From Patescibacteria group bacterium (GTDB lineage Bacteria > Patescibacteriota > Minisyncoccia > Phycocordibacterales > Phycocordibacteraceae): a stretch of 64,000 nt of DNA. The DNA is taken from positions 247,642-311,641 of the forward strand of contig JAZKAU010000002.1 of NCBI GenBank assembly GCA_040388985.1, read 5' to 3'. Numbering within the stretch: position 1 is the stretch's first letter; the number at the start of each line of letters is the position of its first letter. The notes below the pieces were generated by a model that worked only from the letters and a program-made list of their open reading frames with translations, made no database searches and was not told the DNA's origin. Positions 1 through 9,346 of this stretch are shown piece after piece. The translations under genes and the position numbers were made by a program.

Positions 1-135
1 TTGGCTTCAGCACCGGACAGCTCGATACCTGCTTGCAACGAGCTAAGTACGGTAAACCGGAGACCGGCCTTCTTGTATTCGATAAGCGCCATAAAATTTC
101 AGAAAATACCTATGTATTGTATAGTGGGGAGACGT

Positions 136-2094
136 ATGGCACCAACGACTCCACAAGCTCCGAAGAAAGGAGGAAAGAAAACGACGAAGAAGCAGAATAC
201 AGGGAAGGGGATGCGATCGGTGATGCCGGGCGGGCCTGGTTTCCTCGGCAATCTTATCTCGACAATACTCGTCTTCCTCTTACTCATGAGCGCGTACTCG
301 CTCATCAGCTCGCATGTGGGCAAGACGGAAACGATATCGCTGACTCAGGTGGCAAACGACGTACGTGCAGGGAAGGTAGAGGATATCTCTATCGCAGGGA
401 ACGATGTCACGCTTGCCTACGCCGATGGCGCGCATAAGAAGGCGATGAAGGACCCGGATCAGGGACTTCCCGAGACACTCTCTGCATACGGCACGACGCC
501 CGATGAGCTTTCGAAGGTGAATATCAGCATCGCGAATGAATCGGGCTTCCGGTTCTGGTTTTCGACGCTCGCTCCTATTCTGCTCCCGGTATTGCTTCTA
601 GGCATCCTCTTCCTCTTCCTGCTGCGCCAAGTGAAGGGCGCAGGTATGCAGGCCTTCACCTTCGGACAGTCGAAGGCGCGCCTTACGGACCCTGCCGACA
701 GTTCCCAGCGCGTGACGTTCGCGGATGTTGCGGGCGCAAAGGAAGCGAAGGAAGAGCTGATGGAGATAGTGGACTTCCTCAAGAATCCGAAGAAATTCCT
801 CGATATCGGCGCGCGCATCCCGAAGGGCATCATGCTCATGGGAGCACCCGGCACCGGAAAGACGCTGCTTGCGCGCGCGGTCGCGGGAGAGGCTGGCGTG
901 CCGTTCTTCTCCATCTCGGGCTCTGAGTTCGTCGAGATGTTCGTGGGCGTGGGAGCGAGTCGCGTACGCGATCTTTTCCAGCTCGCTAAGCGCTCAAGTC
1001 CTGCCATCATTTTCGTAGATGAGATAGACGCGGTGGGACGTGTGCGCGGAAGCGGGGTAGGCGGCGGCAACGACGAGCGTGAGCAGACGCTCAACCAGAT
1101 ACTGGTCGAGATGGACGGCTTCGAACCTACCGAGAAAGTCATCGTGATGGCAGCGACCAACCGTCCGGACGTGCTCGATCCGGCACTTTTGCGTCCCGGA
1201 CGCTTCGACCGGCGCGTAACTATCGACCTGCCTGACCGCAAGGACCGTCTTGAGATTCTCAAGGTACACTCGCGCAAGAAGCCGTTTGGGCCTGACGTGA
1301 ACTTGGAAGTCGTTGCCGAGCGCACGCCTGGTTTCTCAGGCGCAGAGCTCTATAGCCTCATGAATGAAGGCGCCATACTCGCCGCACGCGAGAGCCGCAC
1401 GCAGATAACGCAGTACGACCTCATCCGCTCCATCGAGAAAGTGATGCTCGGTCCCGAGCGCAAGAGTCATCTCATGAGCAAAAAGCAGAAGCGCCTTACG
1501 GCGTATCACGAAGTTGGCCACGCGCTCGTCTCATCCGTGCTCCCGAACGCGGACCCTGTGCATAAGATCTCTATCATCAGTCGCGGACGAGCTGCTGGCT
1601 ACACGCTGAAACTTCCGTTCGAGGACACGAAGCTCCAATCGAAGAAGGAATTCCTCGACGATATCGCAGGAACGCTCGGCGGCTACGTAGCAGAAGAACT
1701 GGTCTTCGGGGACGTGACCACGGGACCTTCGAACGATCTGGCGGTCATAACCGCGCTCGCGCGCGACATGGTCTCTCGCTACGGCATGAGCGACCGCGTC
1801 GGTCCCGTCGCCTTCGCCACCGATCAGAACTATCGCAACGAGACGTATTCGCAGGACATTGCCGCAAAGATCGACGGAGAGGTGACGCGCATTATCGAGG
1901 AAGCGAAAGAGCGCGCTCGCGAAGTCCTCACGACTCATCGTACGGCCCTTGATTCCATCGCTGAAGCTCTCGTCATTTCCGAGACGATGGAGCGCGAAGA
2001 ATTCGAGAAGCATTTGATAGCCAATGGCATCATGCCGAAGAAACGGGATGAGGAGGATTTGCCGGCGATAGCTCCGGACGCGACGGCGGCGTAG
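136..2094 (+). CDS. ftsH: ATP-dependent zinc metalloprotease FtsH
   Basis: Two N-terminal TM segments, Walker A GAPGTGKT, Walker [36 protein letters not shown] zinc motif. ATG at 136 is preferred over the ORF-track start at 1. Confidence 0.97.
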   Translation: MAPTTPQAPKKGGKKTTKKQNTGKGMRSVMPGGPGFLGNLISTILVFLLLMSAYSLISSHVGKTETISLTQVANDVRAGKVEDISIAGNDVTLAYADGAHKKAMKDPDQGLPETLSAYGTTPDELSKVNISIANESGFRFWFSTLAPILLPVLLLGILFLFLLRQVKGAGMQAFTFGQSKARLTDPADSSQRVTFADVAGAKEAKEELMEIVDFLKNPKKFLDIGARIPKGIMLMGAPGTGKTLLARAVAGEAGVPFFSISGSEFVEMFVGVGASRVRDLFQLAKRSSPAIIFVDEIDAVGRVRGSGVGGGNDEREQTLNQILVEMDGFEPTEKVIVMAATNRPDVLDPALLRPGRFDRRVTIDLPDRKDRLEILKVHSRKKPFGPDVNLEVVAERTPGFSGAELYSLMNEGAILAARESRTQITQYDLIRSIEKVMLGPERKSHLMSKKQKRLTAYHEVGHALVSSVLPNADPVHKISIISRGRAAGYTLKLPFEDTKLQSKKEFLDDIAGTLGGYVAEELVFGDVTTGPSNDLAVITALARDMVSRYGMSDRVGPVAFATDQNYRNETYSQDIAAKIDGEVTRIIEEAKERAREVLTTHRTALDSIAEALVISETMEREEFEKHLIANGIMPKKRDEEDLPAIAPDATAA

Positions 2095-2110
2095 CGAAGC
2101 GAAACAAATG

Positions 2111-2147
2111 AGGCAGAAAGCGCCAGCGAAACTGGCGCTTTCTGCCT
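2111..2147 (+). terminator. Intrinsic terminator-like hairpin after ftsH
   Basis: 16-bp perfect stem AGGCAGAAAGCGCCAG/CTGGCGCTTTCTGCCT with CGAAA loop. Confidence 0.75.
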
Positions 2148-2235
2148 GATGCATCTAAGGAAAAACTAAAGTCATTCTGTAGTTGTGCCTAGTAATTCTC
2201 TCGAATCAACCAGACTATCTCGATACGATTTTAGT

Positions 2236-2913
2236 ATGGCAAGACGAGAGCTACATAGCCGAGCGATAGAAATGCGGAAGGAAGGCATGAGCTATAGCCA
2301 GATAAAGGCTGAGCTAGGTATCAGCAAGAGCACGCTTAGTGTCTGGCTTCGTGATATGCCATTACCGCCTGAACGAATGTACGATCTGCGCGATTACAGC
2401 GAAGTGCGAATAGAGCGCTATCGAGAGACTCGAGCAAATACCAGAAAGATGCGACTTGAGGAAGTATATAAGAAAGTCGGTCAAGATATAGGGACTCTCT
2501 CTGAAAGGGAACTGTTTCTGTGTGGTCTCTTCTTATATTGGGGAGAAGGGAGCAAGACTAAGGGGTATACCGTATCCATGTCCAATACCGATCCCTCAGT
2601 AATAGTCTTCTTTAGAAAGTGGCTTAACTCAATGGGTGTTCCAGACGAAAGAATAAGAATACGCTTACAACTGTATGCTGACATGGAAGCAAAGAAAGAA
2701 GTAGAATACTGGTCTTCAATCTTAGGTTTACCATTACACTCTTTTCGGAAGCCATATATAAAATCTTCTAACAGACTCGGACTAACCTATAAACAGAGAT
2801 TTATTCACGGCACCTGTAATCTCATATACGATAACCGAGATATCGCAGAATACGTCCATATGGCCATGGAATGGATACAGTCGTCCTTTGTTGCTACTGA
2901 CGTCCAAATATGA
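2236..2913 (+). CDS. HTH + LAGLIDADG-like domain protein, tRNA-adjacent
   Basis: N-terminal HTH (GMSYSQIKAELGISKSTLSVWL), LAGLIDADG-like helix LCGLFLYWGEGS, then SNTDPSVIVFF. AT-richer than its neighbours and ends 12 nt before a tRNA. Confidence 0.7.
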   Translation: MARRELHSRAIEMRKEGMSYSQIKAELGISKSTLSVWLRDMPLPPERMYDLRDYSEVRIERYRETRANTRKMRLEEVYKKVGQDIGTLSERELFLCGLFLYWGEGSKTKGYTVSMSNTDPSVIVFFRKWLNSMGVPDERIRIRLQLYADMEAKKEVEYWSSILGLPLHSFRKPYIKSSNRLGLTYKQRFIHGTCNLIYDNRDIAEYVHMAMEWIQSSFVATDVQI

Positions 2914-2925
2914 TTCGATAACAAA

Positions 2926-3002
2926 GCGCCCTTAGCTCAGTTGGTTAGAGCCCCTAGCTTATACCTAGGTGGTCCTTGGTTCGAGTCCAAGAGGGCGCAC
3001 CA
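2926..3002 (+). tRNA. tRNA-Ile, anticodon TAT (UAU)
   Basis: Cloverleaf: acceptor GCGCCCT/AGGGCGC plus A-CCA, D arm GCTC/GAGC, anticodon stem CCTAG/CTAGG with loop CT-TAT-AC (2960-2962), T arm CTTGG-TTCGAGT-CCAAG. Confidence 0.95.
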
Positions 3003-3037
3003 CGATATGTCCTTAAAAGCGATGCTATAGTGCGGAC

Positions 3038-3787
3038 ATGATCGCCACGAGACAAAAGGTGCTGGTCCTGATAGGAATCCTAGTCTTAGTAATCTTAGGC
3101 ATATCTCTCGGTATGCGAGGAGGCGTATCTCATGAGACTGATGAGGCGACGGCGATTAGCACGACCACGAGTGTCGTGGCGGATGTGGCCGGCATGTCAG
3201 ATAAGCCCAAAGAGTTAAAGACGTATGCTCAACTCATGGCACGTTGGTTCGAAGGCGACGGATGTACTATCGCGACAAAGACGCTTGTTCTCCCGCATAC
3301 TGACGGCAAGACACCCAAGCTTAGCTTTGACTATGTGAGTTGCGGTCCCGCCTGGGGGAATTACCGAGTCACAAGTGACGAGATCCGGTCAGTGCAAGAG
3401 CCGCGGCCGGGTAACCCAAGCAATGTGCAGGAAGACCGTGCGATCGCCAGATATGAGATAGTGGATTCTGCTCTCAGCACGGAAGAAGTCCTGCGGCAGA
3501 GTGTATTCTCTACGTTCAATGAAGAGCAGAAGCAGCACTGCTCGCTCGTGACGTCATCCTTCAGGAACATTTTCCTTGGATATGGTGCAAAGCCGACCCA
3601 AGACCTGCAAACGTATACGTATGAGCCTGATGCATTCTTGACTGACAAATATCAGGAGACCGTGAGTACGGCGTGCGGGCTCGGCGGCGTACGATTCTAC
3701 GTGCGCCTGCAGGACGTCCTCCTTGATATCTACTTCGGACAAGACATGCCGCTCTTCGATCCTTCGAGTTTCAGGATACGCGCTTAA
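3038..3787 (+). CDS. Hypothetical membrane-anchored/secreted protein
   Basis: 249-aa ORF with an N-terminal hydrophobic segment and paired Cys. TATAGT lies 6 nt before the ATG. Confidence 0.7.
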   Translation: MIATRQKVLVLIGILVLVILGISLGMRGGVSHETDEATAISTTTSVVADVAGMSDKPKELKTYAQLMARWFEGDGCTIATKTLVLPHTDGKTPKLSFDYVSCGPAWGNYRVTSDEIRSVQEPRPGNPSNVQEDRAIARYEIVDSALSTEEVLRQSVFSTFNEEQKQHCSLVTSSFRNIFLGYGAKPTQDLQTYTYEPDAFLTDKYQETVSTACGLGGVRFYVRLQDVLLDIYFGQDMPLFDPSSFRIRA

Positions 3788-4626
3788 CGGGGAAGGATAT
3801 CACCCAGTAGAGCTGAATCGTAGAATTCCTTTGCAAGCGCGCCGAAGGACCGAGTGCCGTCAGATAAGGTGATCGCAGCGCCCCCGATCTGCGGGTTCGC
3901 GTTCGGGACGGAATGGCTGAAGCCGATATTATAAAGCGTCGAGATGACAGCGACATTCCCGTCGATAGGGAAGCCAGCTTTTGCCCACTGTGCCTCTACT
4001 TCCTTTATATAGAGACCTGCGTAGAGATAGCTCCAGTAGTGGTCATGCTGATCGGTCATGCGAGTGAAGCGCGCTCCCGCGATGTCAGTTGTTCCTGCGG
4101 GGAAATCCAGCAGATGCTCATACGAGGTACCCAGATAATACGGAGAGGTCGGGTCCTTGAGATTGTTCTCGACCTGTACTGCCGTCGCTTCCTTCATGCC
4201 CATCACGCCCCATGAGAACTGCGACTGCGGTCCGAGGATCTTGAGCGGATAGAACCACTTCTTATACGCTTCACGTTCGGTGAAAAAAAGCCGGAGTTGC
4301 TCGGCTACGAGGTTCGCGGTTATAAGGCGGGCAGGGACTCCTGACGCGCCAGCTGCGCGCTCGATGACCGCCTGGTCGCGGCGAATAGCGCCATCCATGA
4401 TCCCCCATTCCTCTGATTGCTGCCATGGACCGGTATACGCAGGGATATTCGGTGACGCCTCAGGTGTCGATGTGCCGAAGAATGCTTCGCGCTGTACGTC
4501 GATGATGCCTTTCTCATTCGTAAGCCCAAAGCGTACCGCGAAGTACCCTGCGACCAAGAAGAGGCCGACAGCCGCGAAGATGTAGATAAAGATATGGAGA
4601 ATCCGATTAAGGTGCTTCTTCGTCAT
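3784..4626 (-). CDS. Membrane-anchored lysozyme/lytic transglycosylase-like protein
   Basis: N-terminal TM. SLT-like motifs AAGASGVPARLITANLVAEQ (putative catalytic Glu), SWGVMGMK and STLYNIG. Start placed at MTKKHL. Confidence 0.6.
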   Translation of the reverse strand: MTKKHLNRILHIFIYIFAAVGLFLVAGYFAVRFGLTNEKGIIDVQREAFFGTSTPEASPNIPAYTGPWQQSEEWGIMDGAIRRDQAVIERAAGASGVPARLITANLVAEQLRLFFTEREAYKKWFYPLKILGPQSQFSWGVMGMKEATAVQVENNLKDPTSPYYLGTSYEHLLDFPAGTTDIAGARFTRMTDQHDHYWSYLYAGLYIKEVEAQWAKAGFPIDGNVAVISTLYNIGFSHSVPNANPQIGGAAITLSDGTRSFGALAKEFYDSALLGDILPR

Positions 4627-4732
4627 GGTTTCCTCGAGTGTACCTTGAAGCAGGGAGGGGTCAAAGCCCCGCAGCCTTGGCTGGGGCGGGACAGAGCGCT
4701 GGAACTTTTCTAGAGTGCTACACTTCTTATAC

Positions 4733-5434
4733 ATGAAGGAGTTTCTTATTAGTCCTCCATTTGGCAACTTTCTCTCCTTTTCAGGCACAACTTCGATTCG
4801 CGGAACTTTTACGTATAAGAGACGCGGATCGTGGCTCTACAAAATGTGGCGATTTGCAAAGACCGTCCGGCCCATCCCCGAAGGCTGGGTCAACAGCATC
4901 GGTTTCCAGAATCCCGGCATTCACTCAGTGCGGACATACGACCCAAATACGATCTATTCGATCGGTGCTGTAGCTGAGGGTGAATGGGAAAAATTGATTA
5001 ACGTGATTCCCGAATCAGTCAGTCTTGAAATTAATATGGGGTGTCCGAATCTTGATACCCATCCCCGCATACCGGGCCGATGTGTTCAAAGCCTCGTTGC
5101 TAGGCATTCTTTGGTTATTTTTAAACTCACGTATTCGCAAGCAGTTTTGTCAGAAATTGATTTTCTGATTGAGAATGGCGCACGATATCTGCATCTCTTT
5201 AACACCATCCCTAGCTCGCGCGGAGCTGAAAGTGGGAAGCGAGTGCAAGAAGTCGCTCTAAAAGCGATTCGGCAGGTTAAAGATACATACCCTCATGTGA
5301 CTATTGTGGGAGGCGGAGGGATTTACTCACTCGAGGATATCCAACGTTACAAAGAAGCAGGGGCAGCTCATTTTTCACTCGCAAGTATTTTCCTCAATCC
5401 TGTTAAAGCTGCAAAGATACTTAAGCATATTTAG
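4733..5434 (+). CDS. Short dihydroorotate dehydrogenase-like FMN TIM-barrel protein
   Basis: Motifs VNSIGFQNPG, LEINMGCPN and IVGGGGI...AGA are typical of the PyrD family. AT-rich. Confidence 0.7.
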   Translation: MKEFLISPPFGNFLSFSGTTSIRGTFTYKRRGSWLYKMWRFAKTVRPIPEGWVNSIGFQNPGIHSVRTYDPNTIYSIGAVAEGEWEKLINVIPESVSLEINMGCPNLDTHPRIPGRCVQSLVARHSLVIFKLTYSQAVLSEIDFLIENGARYLHLFNTIPSSRGAESGKRVQEVALKAIRQVKDTYPHVTIVGGGGIYSLEDIQRYKEAGAAHFSLASIFLNPVKAAKILKHI

Positions 5435-5506
5435 CTGGCCGTCTGAGACGATATTCGAACAAATATAATGTTTTAGGGCGCCGACATCTCTGCCGGCGCC
5501 CCTTGG

Positions 5507-6127
5507 TTATTGTGTGAGCCAGTGATCGAGCCACTCGCCGATTTCAGTCCAGCGCATGCGCCATTCCGAACCGTTTAGATCAGGCCGCTCATGGATCCTG
5601 TCGATATCATCAGTGAGCTGTCGTCTGAATGTGGCTTCTCCAGGCTTAAGCTTCTCGAAGGCCCGGTTCGAATGTGGATCGCCGAAGTAGCAAGCCTGCA
5701 TCCCACGAGAGGGGTCGGCGATCTTTCGAAACGGCCAGCTCATAAATTTGTCGAAATAGCGAAGAACTGGCCCGCTAAGATTTGGCGATTCTGCCGCATC
5801 ATCGAATATCACCAGGCCTTTCCCGTAGGCGATAAACCTCCCTCTGTAGCGTTCTCGACCACCATAAGGGTCTTGATGCGCCTCGTTGATGAGACGGGTA
5901 ATCAGCGGTCTCTCCGGCCGGTGAACATGTGGAAAACCGTGCTCACGGTCCAGGAAGGACGCAAAGACCCCTTCTTCGCCTCGGTATTTTTCCCACGCTT
6001 TAGCCATCGCGGTAAGCGGAACGCCGGCAATATTCTCCGGAACACTGAGGATGTAATTGCCTCCCACGTCAGCAACATTCGCTACGGGAGCTCCACAGCT
6101 TGCTTGATTTAGCACTATAAGCATCAT
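5507..6127 (-). CDS. Hypothetical protein
   Basis: 206-aa ORF with an AAGGAG ribosome-binding site upstream and a GC hairpin (5476-5501) downstream. No family recognised. Confidence 0.55.
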   Translation of the reverse strand: MMLIVLNQASCGAPVANVADVGGNYILSVPENIAGVPLTAMAKAWEKYRGEEGVFASFLDREHGFPHVHRPERPLITRLINEAHQDPYGGRERYRGRFIAYGKGLVIFDDAAESPNLSGPVLRYFDKFMSWPFRKIADPSRGMQACYFGDPHSNRAFEKLKPGEATFRRQLTDDIDRIHERPDLNGSEWRMRWTEIGEWLDHWLTQ

Positions 6128-6360
6128 AGTCTCCTTGTGGCCTTAACCACTTTCTTTCTAGCCTAAGCTAGAGCGATGCAACATTCGGACCAGAACATGG
6201 TCCAGATGCAATATGCATTAGTTATGTAAATTTGTCTAGCTGGCCGTCTCGAGTTCGAATCGTATAGAACCAAGCCTTGGTTAGCCCGTTTGATGAATTT
6301 TCATAATCCAAACCGACGAGTCTGGTGCGCTCCAAAAAAGTATGATTTTCTACATCGAAA

Positions 6361-6915
6361 TTACTTACTGAAAAGATACTCGAATGCTTCGGTATAGACG
6401 CCTTCAAAGTCATGCGATACATCAAAATACTTAATATCGTACTTCGAACATTCCTCCTTGAGGTATTGGCTGAACTCTATCATTTCATCAATCATTGGAA
6501 GCATTTCCTCGTCAGAAATATCTTTTGTCCAATCAGCGTCCCCTTGATGATATTCCCTTACGAGCGCGAGCTTCTCATCCTTGTTTGATTCTGCGTAACC
6601 TACGAAACAGCATTTAATTGGTTTCCCCTCAGCGATTGATTCACTAACCTGGCTCGGCAAGATTGAGTCGCCTTCAATGAGATATTCTTTTTCTTCTTTG
6701 AGGAAGTAGTTTAAAAGCGGCTTAACTAAGGGCCACATTTTGTGAGGTCGCTCTTTAAGAGTGTTTTCATACAGGACTCCGAACTCCGGTGCGCCATGAA
6801 CCAAAGAGTAAAAGAGGCCGTCAAGCGGGAAATATGGAATTTGCTTTTCAACCACAGCTCGTCTAGCAAGCAGTGTTTTCCCAGAGCGCGAGGATCCTCC
6901 TAGGACGTATAGCAT
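6361..6915 (-). CDS. P-loop kinase-like protein (nucleotide/2-phosphoglycerate kinase-like)
   Basis: N-terminal GGSSRSGKT Walker A, LIEGD. AT-rich. Confidence 0.75.
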   Translation of the reverse strand: MLYVLGGSSRSGKTLLARRAVVEKQIPYFPLDGLFYSLVHGAPEFGVLYENTLKERPHKMWPLVKPLLNYFLKEEKEYLIEGDSILPSQVSESIAEGKPIKCCFVGYAESNKDEKLALVREYHQGDADWTKDISDEEMLPMIDEMIEFSQYLKEECSKYDIKYFDVSHDFEGVYTEAFEYLFSK

Positions 6916-7042
6916 ATAAAGATTATATCGCTTTCTTAGACTTTGCTAAGTACGCGTCTCGTGCGCCATACCCTAGCACGAGTTGGCTGGCAGTTTAGGA
7001 TTAGAACGAGAGATTGAATTTTTCTTATACCCGAGCGACTCG

Positions 7043-9217
7043 TTATTCCATATACAACTTCTTGGTCTTCTCCGTGACGATTGCCTGCAATTCCGGGTGC
7101 TTCAGGAGTTCGGGATCGTTCGCAAGTAGCGCTGAGGACTCGGTCCGCGCGGCTTCGACGAGGCGCAGGTTCTTTATAGCTTCCATGGCGATATCAGAGA
7201 CGCCCCATTGCCGGTTACCAGCGAGTTCGCCTGCACCGCGGAGCGCGAGATCATACTCGGCAAGCTCGAAGCCGTCTTTCGCGGTCGTGAGCGCCTTGAG
7301 CCTGTCTTTGGTAGCAGGCCCATACGACTCGGGGAGCGCGAAGCAGTACGCCTGGTTATTGGAACGGATGACGCGCCCGCGAAGCTGATGGAGCTGCGCA
7401 AGTCCGAAACGCTCTGCACCTTCGATAAGGATGACGGTCGCGTTCGGGACGTTCACGCCGACTTCGACCACGGAAGTCGCCACCAGGATATCCGTCGTGC
7501 CTTTCTCGAAGGCCTGCATACTCTTCTCTTTCTCAGCAGGCGTCATCTTGCTGTGCAGGATCCCGATAGAGGCTTCGGGGAAGACCTCCTTCGAGAGACG
7601 TTCGGCTTCTGCTTTTACGGACTTCGCCTGCACCGCAAGCTCCTTTGTCGGATCCGGTTCATCAATACGCGGACAGATGACATACGCTTGGCGTCCGGCT
7701 GCCAACTCTTTACGGACACGTTCGTACGCAAGTTCCCGTTTCTCGGGCCCGAGCACTTCGGTGATGATCGGCTTGCGGCCAAGCGGCATCTGGTCGAGTA
7801 CGGAAAGGTCGAGGTCGCCATAGAGGGTGAGCGCGAGGGTGCGGGGGATGGGTGTTGCCGTCATCGAAAGGAGATGCGGAGAAATGGAGTGTTTCCTGGT
7901 GAGCTTCTGACGATGGGCTTTCCCGAAGCGGTGCTGCTCGTCGATGATGGCGTACGCGAGATTCTGGAACTCAAGCGACTTATAGACGAGCGCATGGGTG
8001 CCGATAACTATCGGTATCTCGCCATTCGCCACCCATTTGGCGAACTGCGCGCGCGATACCTTTGCAGATTCTTCGTACGGAACCTTGCTCGGGAACTTTC
8101 GGCACTCGCTTCCGGTGATGAGGCCGATGGGAATAGGATGATCCTTGAAATAGGAAACGAACGTCGAGAAGTGCTGCTTCGCGAGAATCTCAGTGGGACA
8201 CATGTAGGCGACCTGGAGCGTGCCGCTTGCGCGGCCCGGCGGGTGCGACGTTGCCACCATGTAGGCGGTCGCAGCCGCTACCGCCGTCTTCCCGCTGCCC
8301 ACATCGCCTTCAAGGAGCCTGCGCATCGGGTGCGCTTTCTCGAAGTCGGTCACGATGGTATCTATGGAGCGCTGTTGTGCCTCGGTTGCGGGGAAAGGAA
8401 AGGTATTCACGAAATCTTTCAAGGCTTTCCGGTCAACGAGCACCGGCAAGGCCTTTTCTTTCACTGCCCGCGCGCGCTCAGTCCCGAGCGCGAGTTGCAG
8501 CGTGAATATCTCCTCGAAGGCGAATCGCTTTCGTGCCGCATCCGCATCACTCTTCTTTCGCGGCGCGTGTATCCACACGAGCGCAGTCGAAAGCGCTGGT
8601 AGGTTGTATCGTTCGAGGATCTCGAGTGGTACGGGGTCCGGCAGCGTCTCGTGCACGTGAGACTCAAATACTTTCTTCACCGCATGCAGGAGCCAGAGCG
8701 ACGAGATGCCACGGCTCTCCGGGTAGATAGCATATTGAGAGTCGTCGATGATGCTCGCCTGACCTGCGGTCTTGGTAAAGAGCGAGTCATGCAAGTCCTC
8801 AGGATTCGCCGGTGTCTTATCGATATCAGGATTAGCGAGGTATATCTTGTCGCCTGTACCTGCGATCTTTCCGCTTGCCTTCACGACCATGCCGTCAGCG
8901 ACCATCTTGGCCATATACGGCTGAGAGAACCACATGAGCTTGATTCGTCCGCTCGCGTCCTCGAGCCACGCTTCGGCCATGGGGCGGCGGCTTTTCCATG
9001 CCTTGCGTGTCTCAGGCTTACGGATGGTGCCGTAAAGCGTTACTTCACTTCCGGCTTGCGCGCCCGCAATCGTGCCGGTCGGCCCTGCTGCCTCATAGCG
9101 GGCGGGGAAGTGGTAGAGGAGATCGCGAATCGTGTGGATGCCGAGACGCGTAAGCGCTGCTTTCTGATCAGCGCGTACACGCGGAAAGTGCTTGATGAGG
9201 AGATCGTCCTGATGCAT
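7043..9217 (-). CDS. recG: ATP-dependent DNA helicase RecG
   Basis: RLLEGDVGSGKT, IIDEQHRFG, MTATPIPRTL, ERFGLAQLHQLRGRV, DGFELAEYDL. Confidence 0.97.
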   Translation of the reverse strand: MHQDDLLIKHFPRVRADQKAALTRLGIHTIRDLLYHFPARYEAAGPTGTIAGAQAGSEVTLYGTIRKPETRKAWKSRRPMAEAWLEDASGRIKLMWFSQPYMAKMVADGMVVKASGKIAGTGDKIYLANPDIDKTPANPEDLHDSLFTKTAGQASIIDDSQYAIYPESRGISSLWLLHAVKKVFESHVHETLPDPVPLEILERYNLPALSTALVWIHAPRKKSDADAARKRFAFEEIFTLQLALGTERARAVKEKALPVLVDRKALKDFVNTFPFPATEAQQRSIDTIVTDFEKAHPMRRLLEGDVGSGKTAVAAATAYMVATSHPPGRASGTLQVAYMCPTEILAKQHFSTFVSYFKDHPIPIGLITGSECRKFPSKVPYEESAKVSRAQFAKWVANGEIPIVIGTHALVYKSLEFQNLAYAIIDEQHRFGKAHRQKLTRKHSISPHLLSMTATPIPRTLALTLYGDLDLSVLDQMPLGRKPIITEVLGPEKRELAYERVRKELAAGRQAYVICPRIDEPDPTKELAVQAKSVKAEAERLSKEVFPEASIGILHSKMTPAEKEKSMQAFEKGTTDILVATSVVEVGVNVPNATVILIEGAERFGLAQLHQLRGRVIRSNNQAYCFALPESYGPATKDRLKALTTAKDGFELAEYDLALRGAGELAGNRQWGVSDIAMEAIKNLRLVEAARTESSALLANDPELLKHPELQAIVTEKTKKLYME

Positions 9218-9346
9218 GCGTTCAGTATACCCAGCACCTAACATTCCGGCGAAAGTCAGGTGCTGGGCAGGCTTCGTACGGATTCCTCGCGCCTCTCATG
9301 ATCACTTCATCTTCGTTAGGCTTAGATATGCGTTATACTCTTTTAT

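Noticed and set aside
7208-9241. Long antisense ORFs over recG (likewise over ftsH, pilB, pilT, ligA, gatA and apbE)
   Set aside because: Shadow frames expected from GC-rich codon bias opposite well-supported genes.
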